The notes: a model not told the origin generated them from the letters alone. DNA of 64,000 nucleotides from Fidelibacterota bacterium (GCA_042568495.1 JBHPIW010000011.1:8586-72585), one strand, 5' to 3'. Counted from the first letter of the stretch, positions 38,264 to 47,798 are shown. A program made the numbers and translations.

Positions 38264-40120
38264 CTATTCCGGGATGAGCTGTTCCAACGGTGGCAGGGAA
38301 GAATCCGGGAAGACCAGGCTGTCAGCCGGTTCCATATGCAGGATTGAATCCGGAGGCGATGGCTCAAACGAGATCGAATCCGAGATGACGATGACCGGTA
38401 ATGTGACGGCACCCATGTCATCGACCTGGAAGCGCATGACCAATGCGGTATCTACATGCACGGGGTAAACCTCCCTTTGCATTGTTTGTAGCCAACCGGC
38501 GATCAGATCCTCCTGGTGATCTCCAATCCAGGCCTCTATCAGACGCGGACGCAGTGATTCAAACGAAGGGGTATTCGCTGCTCGATAAGCATGTGGTAGC
38601 GCCAGCACGGCGTATCCACCAACCAGCTCCGGTCCCACCAGATTATCAGGATTACGACCCGCCGCGGCTATTAGTGCCGGTGCCATAGGCCCGTAGATCT
38701 GTAACGGTACCCAACCCAGCCGTCCATTCAGCTTTCTGGCCCACTCTCTCAAGGTGTGGTGCCTGGCCAGCTGACCGAAATCTGTGCCCTGGTTTATCAT
38801 TGAATCCCGGAGAGTATTGGCCAGGATTGTATCCCGGATTACGATCTCTGACAGATTGATCAGGGCTGGTGTCCGGTATTGATCTTCGTGAAGGGTGAGA
38901 AATGACCGCAGCGAATCCTCGACCGGGATCGTTTGACGGAGAACAAGGGCCTGAATGGAGTCTCGCACCGTTTCCAGCATTACAATGGTCCGCATGCTGT
39001 CCGCTTCGGAGAATAACCAGTCTGCCACTGGCATGGTGGCTACCAACTCTTCCAGCTGCACCCACATCATCAATCGGCGGCAGAGTGCGTGCAGATCTTC
39101 CTCATTGGTAATCGGTATGCGCTCTTCCGGCAAGAGCAAGACAGCTGTCGACCGCAGCCAGTTCAGGGAGTAGGGCTTCCCCGAGATTGTAAACACCACT
39201 TCTTCCAACAGCTTGACTAACTTGGGATCGCTCACCGCTTCGTCCATCTTGCCATTTAGAATGCCTGCTCGCAGAATCCGGCGGATGCCCCTCCGATTCC
39301 ACTTGAATGGCAGGCTGGCTGCCCAATCCTCCAAGGTCTGGAGCGCCGTAGTGGTGATTTTCCGGGGACGCAGTTCCGCGGCGATCCGCTGATAGTGCCT
39401 CACCCGCTCGAAATGTCCGTGATCGGGGCGGAATTCTTTCCCCAGCAGCTGAATGACCTGATATTCCTGTCCGGCCTTCAACGGTGGAGAGATCTCTCCC
39501 AGCGTCAGATCGTACGCCCGCCGGGCAAAGAGCGAGTCCAGCCGTGGGGGGAATCGCCACCCTGTTTCACCGGGTTGGTCCATGAATCCTGGTGTTCCCG
39601 CTGCCTGAAGGGCCAGTGCCTCAAAAGGCTCTCCTGTATTCCATCGGGCGCGGAATTCTTTTGCCGTAAACTGGTCGGGCAATGTCAAATACCGGGCCAG
39701 CAGAATCGTGTTCTGATAGCGGTATTCTGCCTCCACCTCCTCAGGTGCCACCGGGATTTCCTCCACCAATTGACTCCGGGCGACACCACCCAGCAGAACT
39801 TCCCGCCGGGCCTGCTGACCGGCCTGCTGCACGTGAATATCCTGAAACAGTCCAGTCTCCTGACCGTACAGTGTGATGATCGCTTCTTCGATCTGCTCGT
39901 CGATGAACCTCAGCCGGGTCTCTAAGCTATCGGCATCCGCGATTTGCCGCAGCCACGTTCCGTACTGATGGCTGAAGTCCTCCACAAAGAGGCTGTCCAT
40001 TCCGGTCCACGTCACCAGTTGGCCCAGCACAAGTACGGGTAGGAATAACGCCGCGCTCATCACCCAGGCCCACCCCTGGCCATGTCGATATGGTATGCTG
40101 CTGTGTCTCATTGATTCCAT
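38264..40120 (-). CDS. Periplasmic chaperone-like protein (PpiD/SurA-like, degenerate parvulin segment), N-terminal TM anchor
   Basis: An N-terminal hydrophobic helix and a long helical region. The segment LGEISPPLKAGQEYQVIQLL weakly resembles the parvulin G-x-S-x-P-x-x-T-x-F-G-Y-H-I-I core. The call is tentative. Confidence 0.35.
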   Translation of the reverse strand: MESMRHSSIPYRHGQGWAWVMSAALFLPVLVLGQLVTWTGMDSLFVEDFSHQYGTWLRQIADADSLETRLRFIDEQIEEAIITLYGQETGLFQDIHVQQAGQQARREVLLGGVARSQLVEEIPVAPEEVEAEYRYQNTILLARYLTLPDQFTAKEFRARWNTGEPFEALALQAAGTPGFMDQPGETGWRFPPRLDSLFARRAYDLTLGEISPPLKAGQEYQVIQLLGKEFRPDHGHFERVRHYQRIAAELRPRKITTTALQTLEDWAASLPFKWNRRGIRRILRAGILNGKMDEAVSDPKLVKLLEEVVFTISGKPYSLNWLRSTAVLLLPEERIPITNEEDLHALCRRLMMWVQLEELVATMPVADWLFSEADSMRTIVMLETVRDSIQALVLRQTIPVEDSLRSFLTLHEDQYRTPALINLSEIVIRDTILANTLRDSMINQGTDFGQLARHHTLREWARKLNGRLGWVPLQIYGPMAPALIAAAGRNPDNLVGPELVGGYAVLALPHAYRAANTPSFESLRPRLIEAWIGDHQEDLIAGWLQTMQREVYPVHVDTALVMRFQVDDMGAVTLPVIVISDSISFEPSPPDSILHMEPADSLVFPDSSLPPLEQLIPE

Positions 40121-40148
40121 TAGGTCTAAATACGGATGCCGAAACTAT

Positions 40149-40787
40149 TCAGCCTTGCTGTTGGATGCTAACCATTTTTTCCGGGTTGCGTCTCCAGATG
40201 GATAAACCGAAATAGACTCGGTAAAATCCCAGTCCAATTGCTAAACCGGCCACCGAATCCCACAGGTAATGCTGCTTGATGAGAAATGTAGCCAGAAAGA
40301 TCATACCCATGGCAAAGAACCAGATTCCCTGCCAGCGGGGAAAGGCATCCCGCATCCGCAAGGCGATAATGCTGGAGACCACCACGTGCTCTGAGGGGAA
40401 GGAATTCTGCCTCAGGTAGTCCAGGCAGATGGTCTCGTGCATCCAGGTGAAAGAATAGCGTGAGAAATCCAGGCTGTCCAGCAGATCCACCCGCACCGGC
40501 CAGACCAGATAGACCAGGTAAATCGCCACGCTGACCAGCACCAGTCCCAGCATGGTACGGCGGAATTCCTTGAGATCCGGCAGGAAAAAGGAACCCGCTA
40601 CCAGGAGGAAGTGCCAGTAATAGGGAATCACCATCCAGGGAACGAAAGGTATATGCCGATCAGGGGCGGCAAGCCATTCCGGGGGCGGAATCGGCTCCAC
40701 CACCAGGGGGATCAGGAAGTACACCCCAACCATCCCAACGAACAGCAGGTACCAGCGCAATCGGTTGATAATCTCATAGCGGCTCAT
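40149..40787 (-). CDS. PAP2-family membrane phosphatase
   Basis: Start at MSRYEIINRL. The ORF-track ORF extends further upstream through the tRNA gene and that extension is not real. PAP2 motifs include ...SFPSEH... and several TM helices. Confidence 0.7.
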   Translation of the reverse strand: MSRYEIINRLRWYLLFVGMVGVYFLIPLVVEPIPPPEWLAAPDRHIPFVPWMVIPYYWHFLLVAGSFFLPDLKEFRRTMLGLVLVSVAIYLVYLVWPVRVDLLDSLDFSRYSFTWMHETICLDYLRQNSFPSEHVVVSSIIALRMRDAFPRWQGIWFFAMGMIFLATFLIKQHYLWDSVAGLAIGLGFYRVYFGLSIWRRNPEKMVSIQQQG

Positions 40788-40919
40788 ATCCGGTCCCAGA
40801 TCGGGAAAACCGGTTAATGTTAACGGCGTCAGACGGGAATTGACCAGAAAATCCGATGGACAAGAAGACGGTTTTTCCGTTAGCCAATGCAACCCGTCAG
40901 ATATTAGCTTTGCCGCTGC

Positions 40920-40993
<74 letters not shown>

Positions 40994-40997
40994 CGTC

Positions 40998-41022
40998 GCA
41001 AGCCCAGCAGTGCTGGGCTTGC
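40998..41022 (+). terminator. Perfect 10-bp hairpin immediately 3' of the tRNA (GCAAGCCCAG-cagtg-CTGGGCTTGC)
   Basis: Seen directly in the sequence. It is followed by only a weak T tract (TTACATAC), so it may be a processing or termination stem. Confidence 0.35.
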
Positions 41023-41769
41023 TTACATACAGAATGTCTACGACATTCTGCCACTCGAATAGCAGGTTGATAGAGCCTGTCCTGCTTCTCCGCCATTGTG
41101 AGGAATTCAACATAACACCTACATATCCCCCCATTTTGAAAAAAGCTCCTGACGGGAAGGTGGTGGATTTCCATCAAGCCTCCTCTGAACCGCTGCCGGG
41201 CCTGTTGAAATGTCATCTTCATCCATCCAACCTCCTTTCCGTGCGTGCTCACGACAGGGAGCAAGGTATAATTCAACACCCCTATGCGGGCGGGGAAGCG
41301 GCAGGAGGCCTTCCCGACGGGAGGGAGGCGGCGAGGAATTCAACAAAACCCATACAAAATTCAACAGTTTGAAAGAACCGCCCGTCGGTGAAGCTGTCGA
41401 AATACGCCGGAAACTTCCAGCGGGGATGGGCCCCGACACTGCGGTCGGGACAGGCTGGACAGGCCGGGGCCACTGTTCGCGGTGATCAGCGAGCCAGGCC
41501 TCGATGAGCCACGGACGGGTATTAAGCGTCGTCATATCGCAACCTCCTTTCCACATTTGCCATTGCAGCGCGGGAGAAGGTACCGACAAAAAAAGGCGTT
41601 GTCGTTCGCCTGGTGCGCGAGGTGCGCGAAATACCGCCCAAATGGCGCAGGTTTTGAGATTTTGATTTTGAGATGAGTTTTGGGACACCCCATGAGGATT
41701 TTGGGACAGGTTATGATACAAGTAGCGAAGTATGTCAAAAAGGAAGGTTTTGGGGACTCAGTTAGTTCC

Positions 41770-41856
41770 CTACTTCAACAGCACCCCCGCCAGTGGTGGG
41801 ACTACTCTGACGCTTACTTTAATAACAGCATCTTGATAGAGATGATATATACGGGC
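41770..41856 (-). pseudogene. Fossil 3' end of a T9SS C-terminal-domain gene (...RIYHLYQDAVIKVSVRVVPPLAGVLLK*), preceded in frame by stop codons
   Basis: Both the peptide and the 3' flank (GGTTTTGGGGAC...) are homologous to the end of the intact T9SS gene at 42675 (GIYLARLTTPAYTNSLKLVLLK* followed by GGTTTTGGGGACAGG). Confidence 0.3.
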
Positions 41857-41947
41857 TTATCATTTGAAGTCAGAATGCCGATCATGAGGGGTAGCTATTA
41901 ATGAATACGGGCCGACCACCTCAATTTAAAATCGAATCAGGCAGGAG

Positions 41948-42412
41948 CTACCGGTCGGGAGCCTTCCTCTTGATTATCAAATACGCTATTACAACGATCA
42001 CACCAGTTCCGAGCGCTGCCCACCCCCCGCAAGTCATCGGTACAATTCCGTCAACGGTTGGGGTCAGTATGAATGCTGAGACAGCTCCCACTATAATTGG
42101 TACAAAGAATCCTGTTCGAAAGGCTCTACGATAACCAAATCCCTTCCGCTGCGCAATTGCACCAGTTAGACAAGCATAAAAGCCCATAATACTCAAGGCT
42201 GCCGTATGCCCAAAAATGAATCCTATCCATAATCCTCTGAATGCGAAAAAGCCAAGAAAACTAATGCTTAATACGCCGAGAAAGATCAATTCGAACTTGT
42301 TTTCGAAGGGAGTTGTCTGCTTATCCCTATTTAAAGCAGCATTCCGCTCTTGTTCAAAGCTTAGTTCACCCATTATTTCACCCTCGGTAATTTGAAGTAT
42401 ATCGGTTGTCAA
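41948..42412 (-). CDS. Hypothetical small membrane protein (about 4 TM)
   Basis: Hydrophobic helices (LIFLGVLSISFLGFFAF, IMGFYACLTGAIA, FFVPIIVGAVSAFILT, GTGVIVVIAYLII). An AT-richer locus with no recognisable family. Confidence 0.4.
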   Translation of the reverse strand: MTTDILQITEGEIMGELSFEQERNAALNRDKQTTPFENKFELIFLGVLSISFLGFFAFRGLWIGFIFGHTAALSIMGFYACLTGAIAQRKGFGYRRAFRTGFFVPIIVGAVSAFILTPTVDGIVPMTCGGWAALGTGVIVVIAYLIIKRKAPDR

Positions 42413-42674
42413 AGATCAGCGTCAGCCGGGATCGGGCTATTCGGTTCTGACTGCTAAAATTCAAGTTACCTAGCTAATTCCAAATCCGGCAAGGATGATT
42501 GCTAAGACCTTAAGCGAATCTTCGTTTGTGCAATTTTGGGTGTGCAAGTATCTCGGGGAGATACTTTCTCTTCATGTGGATCAAATCCTTACGCCACCAA
42601 TCAGGTTTAAAGACACCTTTTTGAGACCAGGAAAAGTGAGTGTCAGAAAGGATGGTTTTGGGGACAGGAGTCCC

Positions 42675-43952
42675 CTATTTCAGCAGTACCAGCTTGAGGG
42701 AGTTAGTGTACGCCGGTGTCGTCAGCCGGGCGAGGTAGATGCCGGAGGGGACATTTCTACCCCTTGCGTCCTTGCCATCCCACTGAACCTGGTGGTAGCC
42801 CGGTTCCAGCCCCCCCTCAACCAGCCGGGCCACTTCCCGGCCGAGGAGGTCGTATAGGATGAGTGCGACCTCGCTGGCGTGGGGCTGATCGTAGCGGATG
42901 GTGGTGCTGGGATTGAAGGGATTGGGATAGGCGGCAATCAAGCCAAATTCCCCCGGTGCTGCCCCATTGGAGCCCCGTTGATCGATGGAAAGCGGTTCGA
43001 GATCATCTATTATTGAGGCATCAATCCAGTGCGGATTGCCATCAGAATTGAAGAACAGATATGCACCATCGGCGGAAACTGATGGTCCTCCCTGGTACGT
43101 GCTAGTATTAACGGCACTACCCATGTTTATAGCTGGGCTCCATTCACCATCATTATCGCGAAAACTGATATAAAGATCATTGGCTCCGTAGCCTCCCGAT
43201 CTCGATGATGACCAGATCAAATAGCTTTCATCAGGGGCCACAAACGGTGCCAGGTCCATCCCGTCCGAATTAATGTTGTTGCTCATACGTACTGGTGCGG
43301 CGTATCCTTCTCCAGACTTCTCGCACATGTAGATATCAAGATCTGAAGCCACGGAAGACATTCTCAGATACAGGGTCTCATCGGCAGCGATGCTAATCTC
43401 CCATCCTCCATATAGACCAGTAACCAGACTGATTCTCACAGCAACTGGCTCCAACCAAGTGCCGTCAATACGAGAAGTTTTCCAAATATGGTAGTTGGAT
43501 TCACCTGGTTTATCCGATAAAAAATACATGATATTACCGTTATCCAGAAAGGTGGGACTGGCCTCAGCGTAGCCTCCATCAAAATCGGTACGCTGGGGAT
43601 CCGTCCAGATACCATCAATTATTTCCTGATAGCGAATCGTAATCCCCTCGTTATCGGTACCAACATAAATATCGGAATACATTTCCGTTCCATCGGAAGG
43701 GAAAACCAAGCCGTGGTGCCACCACCACTCACTGGTGGAGCGCAGCGATTCAGGTACAAATATTTGGGCGACGGTGCCCGGTGGCTCTTGCCCAAGGTAC
43801 GGACCGCTCCATAAGATGTCGGCATCCTGTCCGTTCAGCTCGCCCGGTTGACTGCATAATGGAACCATAAAAAACATAACTATCGCCAAGCAGCAACGAT
43901 ACACTACGAATATTTTCTCAACATGCAATCCAATCGTCTCCACAGGGAACAT
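42675..43952 (-). CDS. T9SS-secreted protein: WD40-like (PD40/TolB-type) beta-propeller repeats plus a type-A Por C-terminal sorting domain
   Basis: PD40-like repeats (SPTFLDNGNIMYFLSDKPGESNYHIW, APFVAPDESYLIWSSSRSGGYGANDLYIS, GPSVSADGAYLFFNSD). The C-terminus AYPNPFNPSTTIRYDQPHASEVALILYDLLGREVARLV...SGIYLARLTTPAYTNSLKLVLLK is a T9SS CTD. Start at MFPVET... Confidence 0.75.
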   Translation of the reverse strand: MFPVETIGLHVEKIFVVYRCCLAIVMFFMVPLCSQPGELNGQDADILWSGPYLGQEPPGTVAQIFVPESLRSTSEWWWHHGLVFPSDGTEMYSDIYVGTDNEGITIRYQEIIDGIWTDPQRTDFDGGYAEASPTFLDNGNIMYFLSDKPGESNYHIWKTSRIDGTWLEPVAVRISLVTGLYGGWEISIAADETLYLRMSSVASDLDIYMCEKSGEGYAAPVRMSNNINSDGMDLAPFVAPDESYLIWSSSRSGGYGANDLYISFRDNDGEWSPAINMGSAVNTSTYQGGPSVSADGAYLFFNSDGNPHWIDASIIDDLEPLSIDQRGSNGAAPGEFGLIAAYPNPFNPSTTIRYDQPHASEVALILYDLLGREVARLVEGGLEPGYHQVQWDGKDARGRNVPSGIYLARLTTPAYTNSLKLVLLK

Positions 43953-44525
43953 CCTGGCCTGGCCGCTATTCTTATTTCTGGAGTATCGGTTTGATGTATT
44001 ATTCATGGAGTGATTACTCTTTACTGCCTTGATTGAGCTGAATTCCGGGGCTATGGTGCGATAGATATACATAACTATTTCCCTTCAAATAATACTAATT
44101 ATCCCCGTCATCTGTGCATGCCTATAAAATGCAAAATGCGTACCGTTTCAAGTAGAAACTCACCATGATATCATGGAGCCTAATCAAATGATATTGATGC
44201 GAGAAGGAGTTTGACGATTGAGTTAAATCATGATGCCCGCAGCGAGTCATAATAACAGCTGGGGCCCTATCAGAATCCTGAAACTAGTATTAGTAATCTG
44301 ATGATTTAAATGGACACACCCAAGCGCTTCATAGTCAACATTGGTTAGCATTAGGCAAATTCTGGCCCTTCAACCGCCGGTTGAACAGTAGTCACTCCAA
44401 CACCGTCCATTTATTGCACACTTACACTTTTTCTCATCGGTGAGCGATGTACTTCTAATGCACCGATCTCAACCGGATATTGAGGAGATCACATAAGTTA
44501 TAGGGTGAGTTTCAGGCCCGTTGGT

Positions 44526-45359
44526 CTACAGGTAGGGCTGTAAATGAAGGCTGCGGGACTTATGCTGCAAACGGCGGATAGCACGCTCCTTGATTTGCCG
44601 GATCCGCTCGCGGGTGAGATTGAACCTTTCCCCAATCTCATTGAGCGTCAGGGCATAATCCTGGTCGATTCCAAAATACATTTTGATCACCGCTTGCTCA
44701 CGATCCGTAAGTGTGGCCAGGGCCAACCGTACATCCTCTTTAAGAGAGTCATCGAACAGGTGGCTGTCCGGCTCAAGCGTTTCCTCATCGGGTATTATAT
44801 GCATCAATGAGTTGGAGTCAATGTCGGAGAATGGCGTATCCAGGGATTGGTGCCGCCAACTGATCTGCATGGTCTGCGCCACCTCGTGAGGCTTCTTGTT
44901 TACGTGCTTGGCGATCTCTTCGATTAACGCCCGCCGCTCATACTGATTCCCCAGCTCTTCCGCCGCCTTGGCTACCTTAGTAATATCGCCCTGGCGGTTG
45001 AGTGGCACGCGCACCATGCGGGAATGATCGGATAGGGACTGGAGAATGGACTGGCGCACCCACCACACCGCATAGGAGATAAACTTGAATCCCCGGGTCT
45101 CGTCGAATCTCTCCGCCGCCTTGATCAATCCCAGGTTGCCCTCACAGATCAGGTCCTCCAGGGGCCGCCCCTGTCCCTGATGCTTCTTGGCGACGCTCAC
45201 TACAAAACGCAGATTCGCGATGATCAGTTCGTGCTTCGCGCGTCTGTCGCCCTTCTTGATCTTCTGGGTAAGCTCGATTTCTTTCTCCGGCTTCAGCGGT
45301 TCGTATCGGCTGAGCTCCGCGAGGTAATTACCTAATGCCCGATTTGACTTAACTCCCAT
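44526..45359 (-). CDS. RNA polymerase sigma-70 factor, compact primary-sigma type (RpoD/SigA-like, regions 2-4)
   Basis: Region 2 (DLICEGNLGLIKAAERFDETRGFKFISYAVWWVRQSI), region 3 and region 4 (LTDREQAVIKMYFGI...LTLNEIGERFNLTRERIRQIKERAIRRL). The 277-aa length is typical of Bacteroidetes-type sigma A. Confidence 0.85.
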   Translation of the reverse strand: MGVKSNRALGNYLAELSRYEPLKPEKEIELTQKIKKGDRRAKHELIIANLRFVVSVAKKHQGQGRPLEDLICEGNLGLIKAAERFDETRGFKFISYAVWWVRQSILQSLSDHSRMVRVPLNRQGDITKVAKAAEELGNQYERRALIEEIAKHVNKKPHEVAQTMQISWRHQSLDTPFSDIDSNSLMHIIPDEETLEPDSHLFDDSLKEDVRLALATLTDREQAVIKMYFGIDQDYALTLNEIGERFNLTRERIRQIKERAIRRLQHKSRSLHLQPYL

Positions 45360-45496
45360 GGGCGCAAAAACACCTTTCCTCTTTTTCCAAGCCGGATAAA
45401 TGCCGTTCAGGTTCGATATACGTCCTCATAGCAACATGACTTCGTTAGCCTGTAAGTTATCAGATTCATTAGGTCTTACCTAGGTATTGCTATCAC

Positions 45497-45524
45497 AAAA
45501 GGCCCCGGTTATCCGAGGCTTTTT
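45497..45524 (+). terminator. Terminator-like hairpin with a T5 tail inside the divergent rpoD/trpF-like intergenic region
   Basis: AAAAG-GCCCCGG-TTAT-CCGAGGC-TTTTT. The stem has one central mismatch. A-rich 5' and T-rich 3' flanks make it potentially bidirectional. Confidence 0.35.
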
Positions 45525-45698
45525 GATTATCAGCTGCAAGTTCCCGGATACATCTGCTTTCGCAGCCCCACCTTGATGGACTTGCAGTACTCAGGCGTCT
45601 CCAAGTGCAGCTTGCCAGTCTGTGGATAGATTGATATCCGGTGCAGTGGTATGTAATATCGACGTGAGGATAAGCAAAGCCAAGAACAGGAGCAGTGT

Positions 45699-46373
45699 GT
45701 GAGAATCCAGATTTATACTATGCAAACTATCGAAGAAGCTCAGGCTGTGGCTGCGCTGGGTGTCGATCATATTGGTATAACACCCGGCAACATAGGTTTG
45801 CCCGGTGAGGTGGACTTTGCCACAGCACGTGCGATTGTAGATGCGGTGGGTAATTCGGCTGTCAGAGTAGCCCTGTCGGTGGAATCCAATATGGATGCAA
45901 TTGAGGCGATGATAAAAGCAGTCCGTCCCGATATCCTACAGCTCTGCGGACCGGAGGATGCGCTCCTTCCCGATGCAGTGGGTACTCTGCGGGAACGTCT
46001 GCCGAAGGTAGCAATCATGCAGGCCATTTCCGTGGCGGGGACGGAGGCGGTGGATGTGGCCCTGGCCTACCAGGATGCAGCTGATTATCTTATTCTCGAC
46101 ACTACATCTGCGGATATTGTGGGCATTGGCGCGTCCGGCGAAACCCACGATTGGAACATCAGCCGCGAGATCGTCAAGCAGGTACAGATACCGGTCATTC
46201 TGGCGGGGGGACTGTCGCCGGAGAACGTAGCCGAAGCTATCCGCGTGGTGCAGCCCTGGGGAGTGGACTCGCTCACCCACACTAACCATCCACTTCCCGA
46301 TGGGGGCTTTCGCAAAGACCTGGACCGCATCCGTCAGTTTGTGGTGGCGGCCAGAGGAGTATCAGCAGTATGA
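45699..46373 (+). CDS. trpF: Phosphoribosylanthranilate-isomerase-family (TrpF-like) TIM-barrel protein
   Basis: GASGETHDW (compare GGSGQRFDW), ILAGGLSPENVAEA (compare LAGGLGADNCVEA) and LQLCG (compare LQLHG) align to PRAI. It sits with a sugar kinase rather than trp genes, so the physiological role is uncertain. Confidence 0.55.
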   Translation: MRIQIYTMQTIEEAQAVAALGVDHIGITPGNIGLPGEVDFATARAIVDAVGNSAVRVALSVESNMDAIEAMIKAVRPDILQLCGPEDALLPDAVGTLRERLPKVAIMQAISVAGTEAVDVALAYQDAADYLILDTTSADIVGIGASGETHDWNISREIVKQVQIPVILAGGLSPENVAEAIRVVQPWGVDSLTHTNHPLPDGGFRKDLDRIRQFVVAARGVSAV

Positions 46374-47317
46374 CAGGGTCACAGGTCGTGGTGCTAGGTG
46401 ACGCCAACGTGGATATGTTGATCCGTCTGCCGGATCGAGCGTCAGGCTCGCACGACCTAACACACACGGCTCCTCAATTGCATGGCGGTGGAACAGCGGC
46501 CAATGTATCGGTGGCATTGGCACGGCTGGGAGTGAAGGTAACGCTGGTGGGGGCGGTGGGGGATGATGGCTACGGCCGGTGGATGCTGGATGAGTTGGGC
46601 CGGGAGGGTGTGGATGTACAAGGAGTGTATTCGGTCCCGGATGCGTTTACCCCGATGGTCATGGCACTTATCGAACCTGATGGGGAGCGAACCGTGGTGG
46701 TCTGGCCGCCGGAAGGAGGTGCTCACACGCAGCTTCAAGCCGAAAATATTGACCCGGGATTACTGTCATCTGCAGTCTGGCTACACACGACGGGTATGTG
46801 TCTCAGAGCAGCCCCGGCCCGGGACGCGGTCCTGTACGCCATGGAACTGGCGCGGGAGGCGGGGGTAACGGTATCGCTGGATCTCAACCTGCGCCGGGAG
46901 TGCTGGGGATTGAAGGACGCAACCCAAAGGACGTTTGAGCGGGCGATTGAACTGGCGGACGTTGTCTTCGGGAATGCTGAGGAAGAGATCATGCCAATAG
47001 CCGGTGTGGATTCAGCTGAAGAGGCGGCGCGGCACCTTTGTGGCGGGAAGCGTACGGTTATCGCCCGGCAGGGAGACCAGGGAGCGCTGGTGGTCACACC
47101 GCAGGAGACCTTTCACGTGCCGGCATTCCAGACCAATGTTGTGGACACCCTAGGTGCGGGGGATGCCTTTGACGGCGGCTTCATCGCCGCCTGTATGGCC
47201 AAGGCTAATGTGAAGGAGGCAACGAGATGGGGCAATGGGGTGGCGGCCCTGAAGATTGGCCAAGCTGGTGCGCAAAGTCTGCCTTCCCTGGAAGATCTGA
47301 AACAGCTGCTGGGATAA
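46370..47317 (+). CDS. PfkB-family carbohydrate kinase (ribokinase-like)
   Basis: N-terminal GG motif (VVLGDANVDM) and the C-terminal DTLGAGDAFDGGFIAA anion-hole/ATP motif. ATGA overlap with the upstream gene. Confidence 0.8.
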   Translation: MTGSQVVVLGDANVDMLIRLPDRASGSHDLTHTAPQLHGGGTAANVSVALARLGVKVTLVGAVGDDGYGRWMLDELGREGVDVQGVYSVPDAFTPMVMALIEPDGERTVVVWPPEGGAHTQLQAENIDPGLLSSAVWLHTTGMCLRAAPARDAVLYAMELAREAGVTVSLDLNLRRECWGLKDATQRTFERAIELADVVFGNAEEEIMPIAGVDSAEEAARHLCGGKRTVIARQGDQGALVVTPQETFHVPAFQTNVVDTLGAGDAFDGGFIAACMAKANVKEATRWGNGVAALKIGQAGAQSLPSLEDLKQLLG

Positions 47318-47335
47318 AGCGACGAGGGATACAAC

Positions 47336-47581
47336 ATTCGTCAGACGAAATTCACCCGACGTAGTTTTATCAAGACCATAAGCGTTGGCGCGGCCATGGC
47401 GGCACTGCCAACCGGTTTCCTGGCAGGACGGGCGACGCGGAAGCCAAACATCGTCTACATACTGGCGGATGACCTGGGATACGGCGATCTGAGCTGCTAC
47501 GGACAGCAGAAATTCAGTACACCCCATATCGACCGCCCGCCCCTCATAAAATTTGCTAGAGATGTCTCATTGACACTGTAG
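47336..47581 (+). pseudogene. Remnant of a Tat-exported sulfatase: ATG start apparently mutated to ATT, truncated after about 81 codons
   Basis: [67 protein letters not shown] then diverges to a stop. A twin-arginine RRSFIK motif and the sulfatase N-terminal block are present. No ATG/GTG/TTG lies between the upstream stop and the RR motif. ATT sits where the Met is expected. Confidence 0.6.
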
Positions 47582-47798
47582 TAAATGAATTGGCACGAGA
47601 ACCTTGGAATATGTTAGCCATCCTCGTAGTTTTGGGCTAATATCGCTCTCTAGGAATTGACGATTCACAGCGCCAAAAAGTTAAAAAGCCGAGATCCTCG
47701 AAAAGTAATGCGTCATATTCAACACGTACTCGTTGTCCCTCGTGCCGTTCGATGATCCTTGTGGGGGACGAGACATTGAACATTCGTAAATCTACATC

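Noticed and set aside
41119-41721. 200-aa minus-strand ORF (internal Met with AGGAGG RBS at ~41531)
   Set aside because: Pro/Arg-rich low-complexity composition with no domain signal. It lies in a decayed repeat region, so it is treated as a probable non-coding relic. It is mentioned under the tRNA-adjacent region finding rather than called as a gene.
41560-41760. Short repeats (GATTTTGAG tandem, TTTTGGGAC x3) considered as a possible CRISPR array
   Set aside because: The repeats are only 9-11 nt, are irregularly spaced, lack spacer-sized unique units, and have no cas genes nearby. They fit a degenerate duplication or MITE-like relic instead.
47396-47581. 61-aa ORF called as an intact small protein
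   Set aside because: It is the N-terminal block of a sulfatase, preceded in frame by a Tat leader without a start codon. It is annotated as a pseudogene remnant instead.
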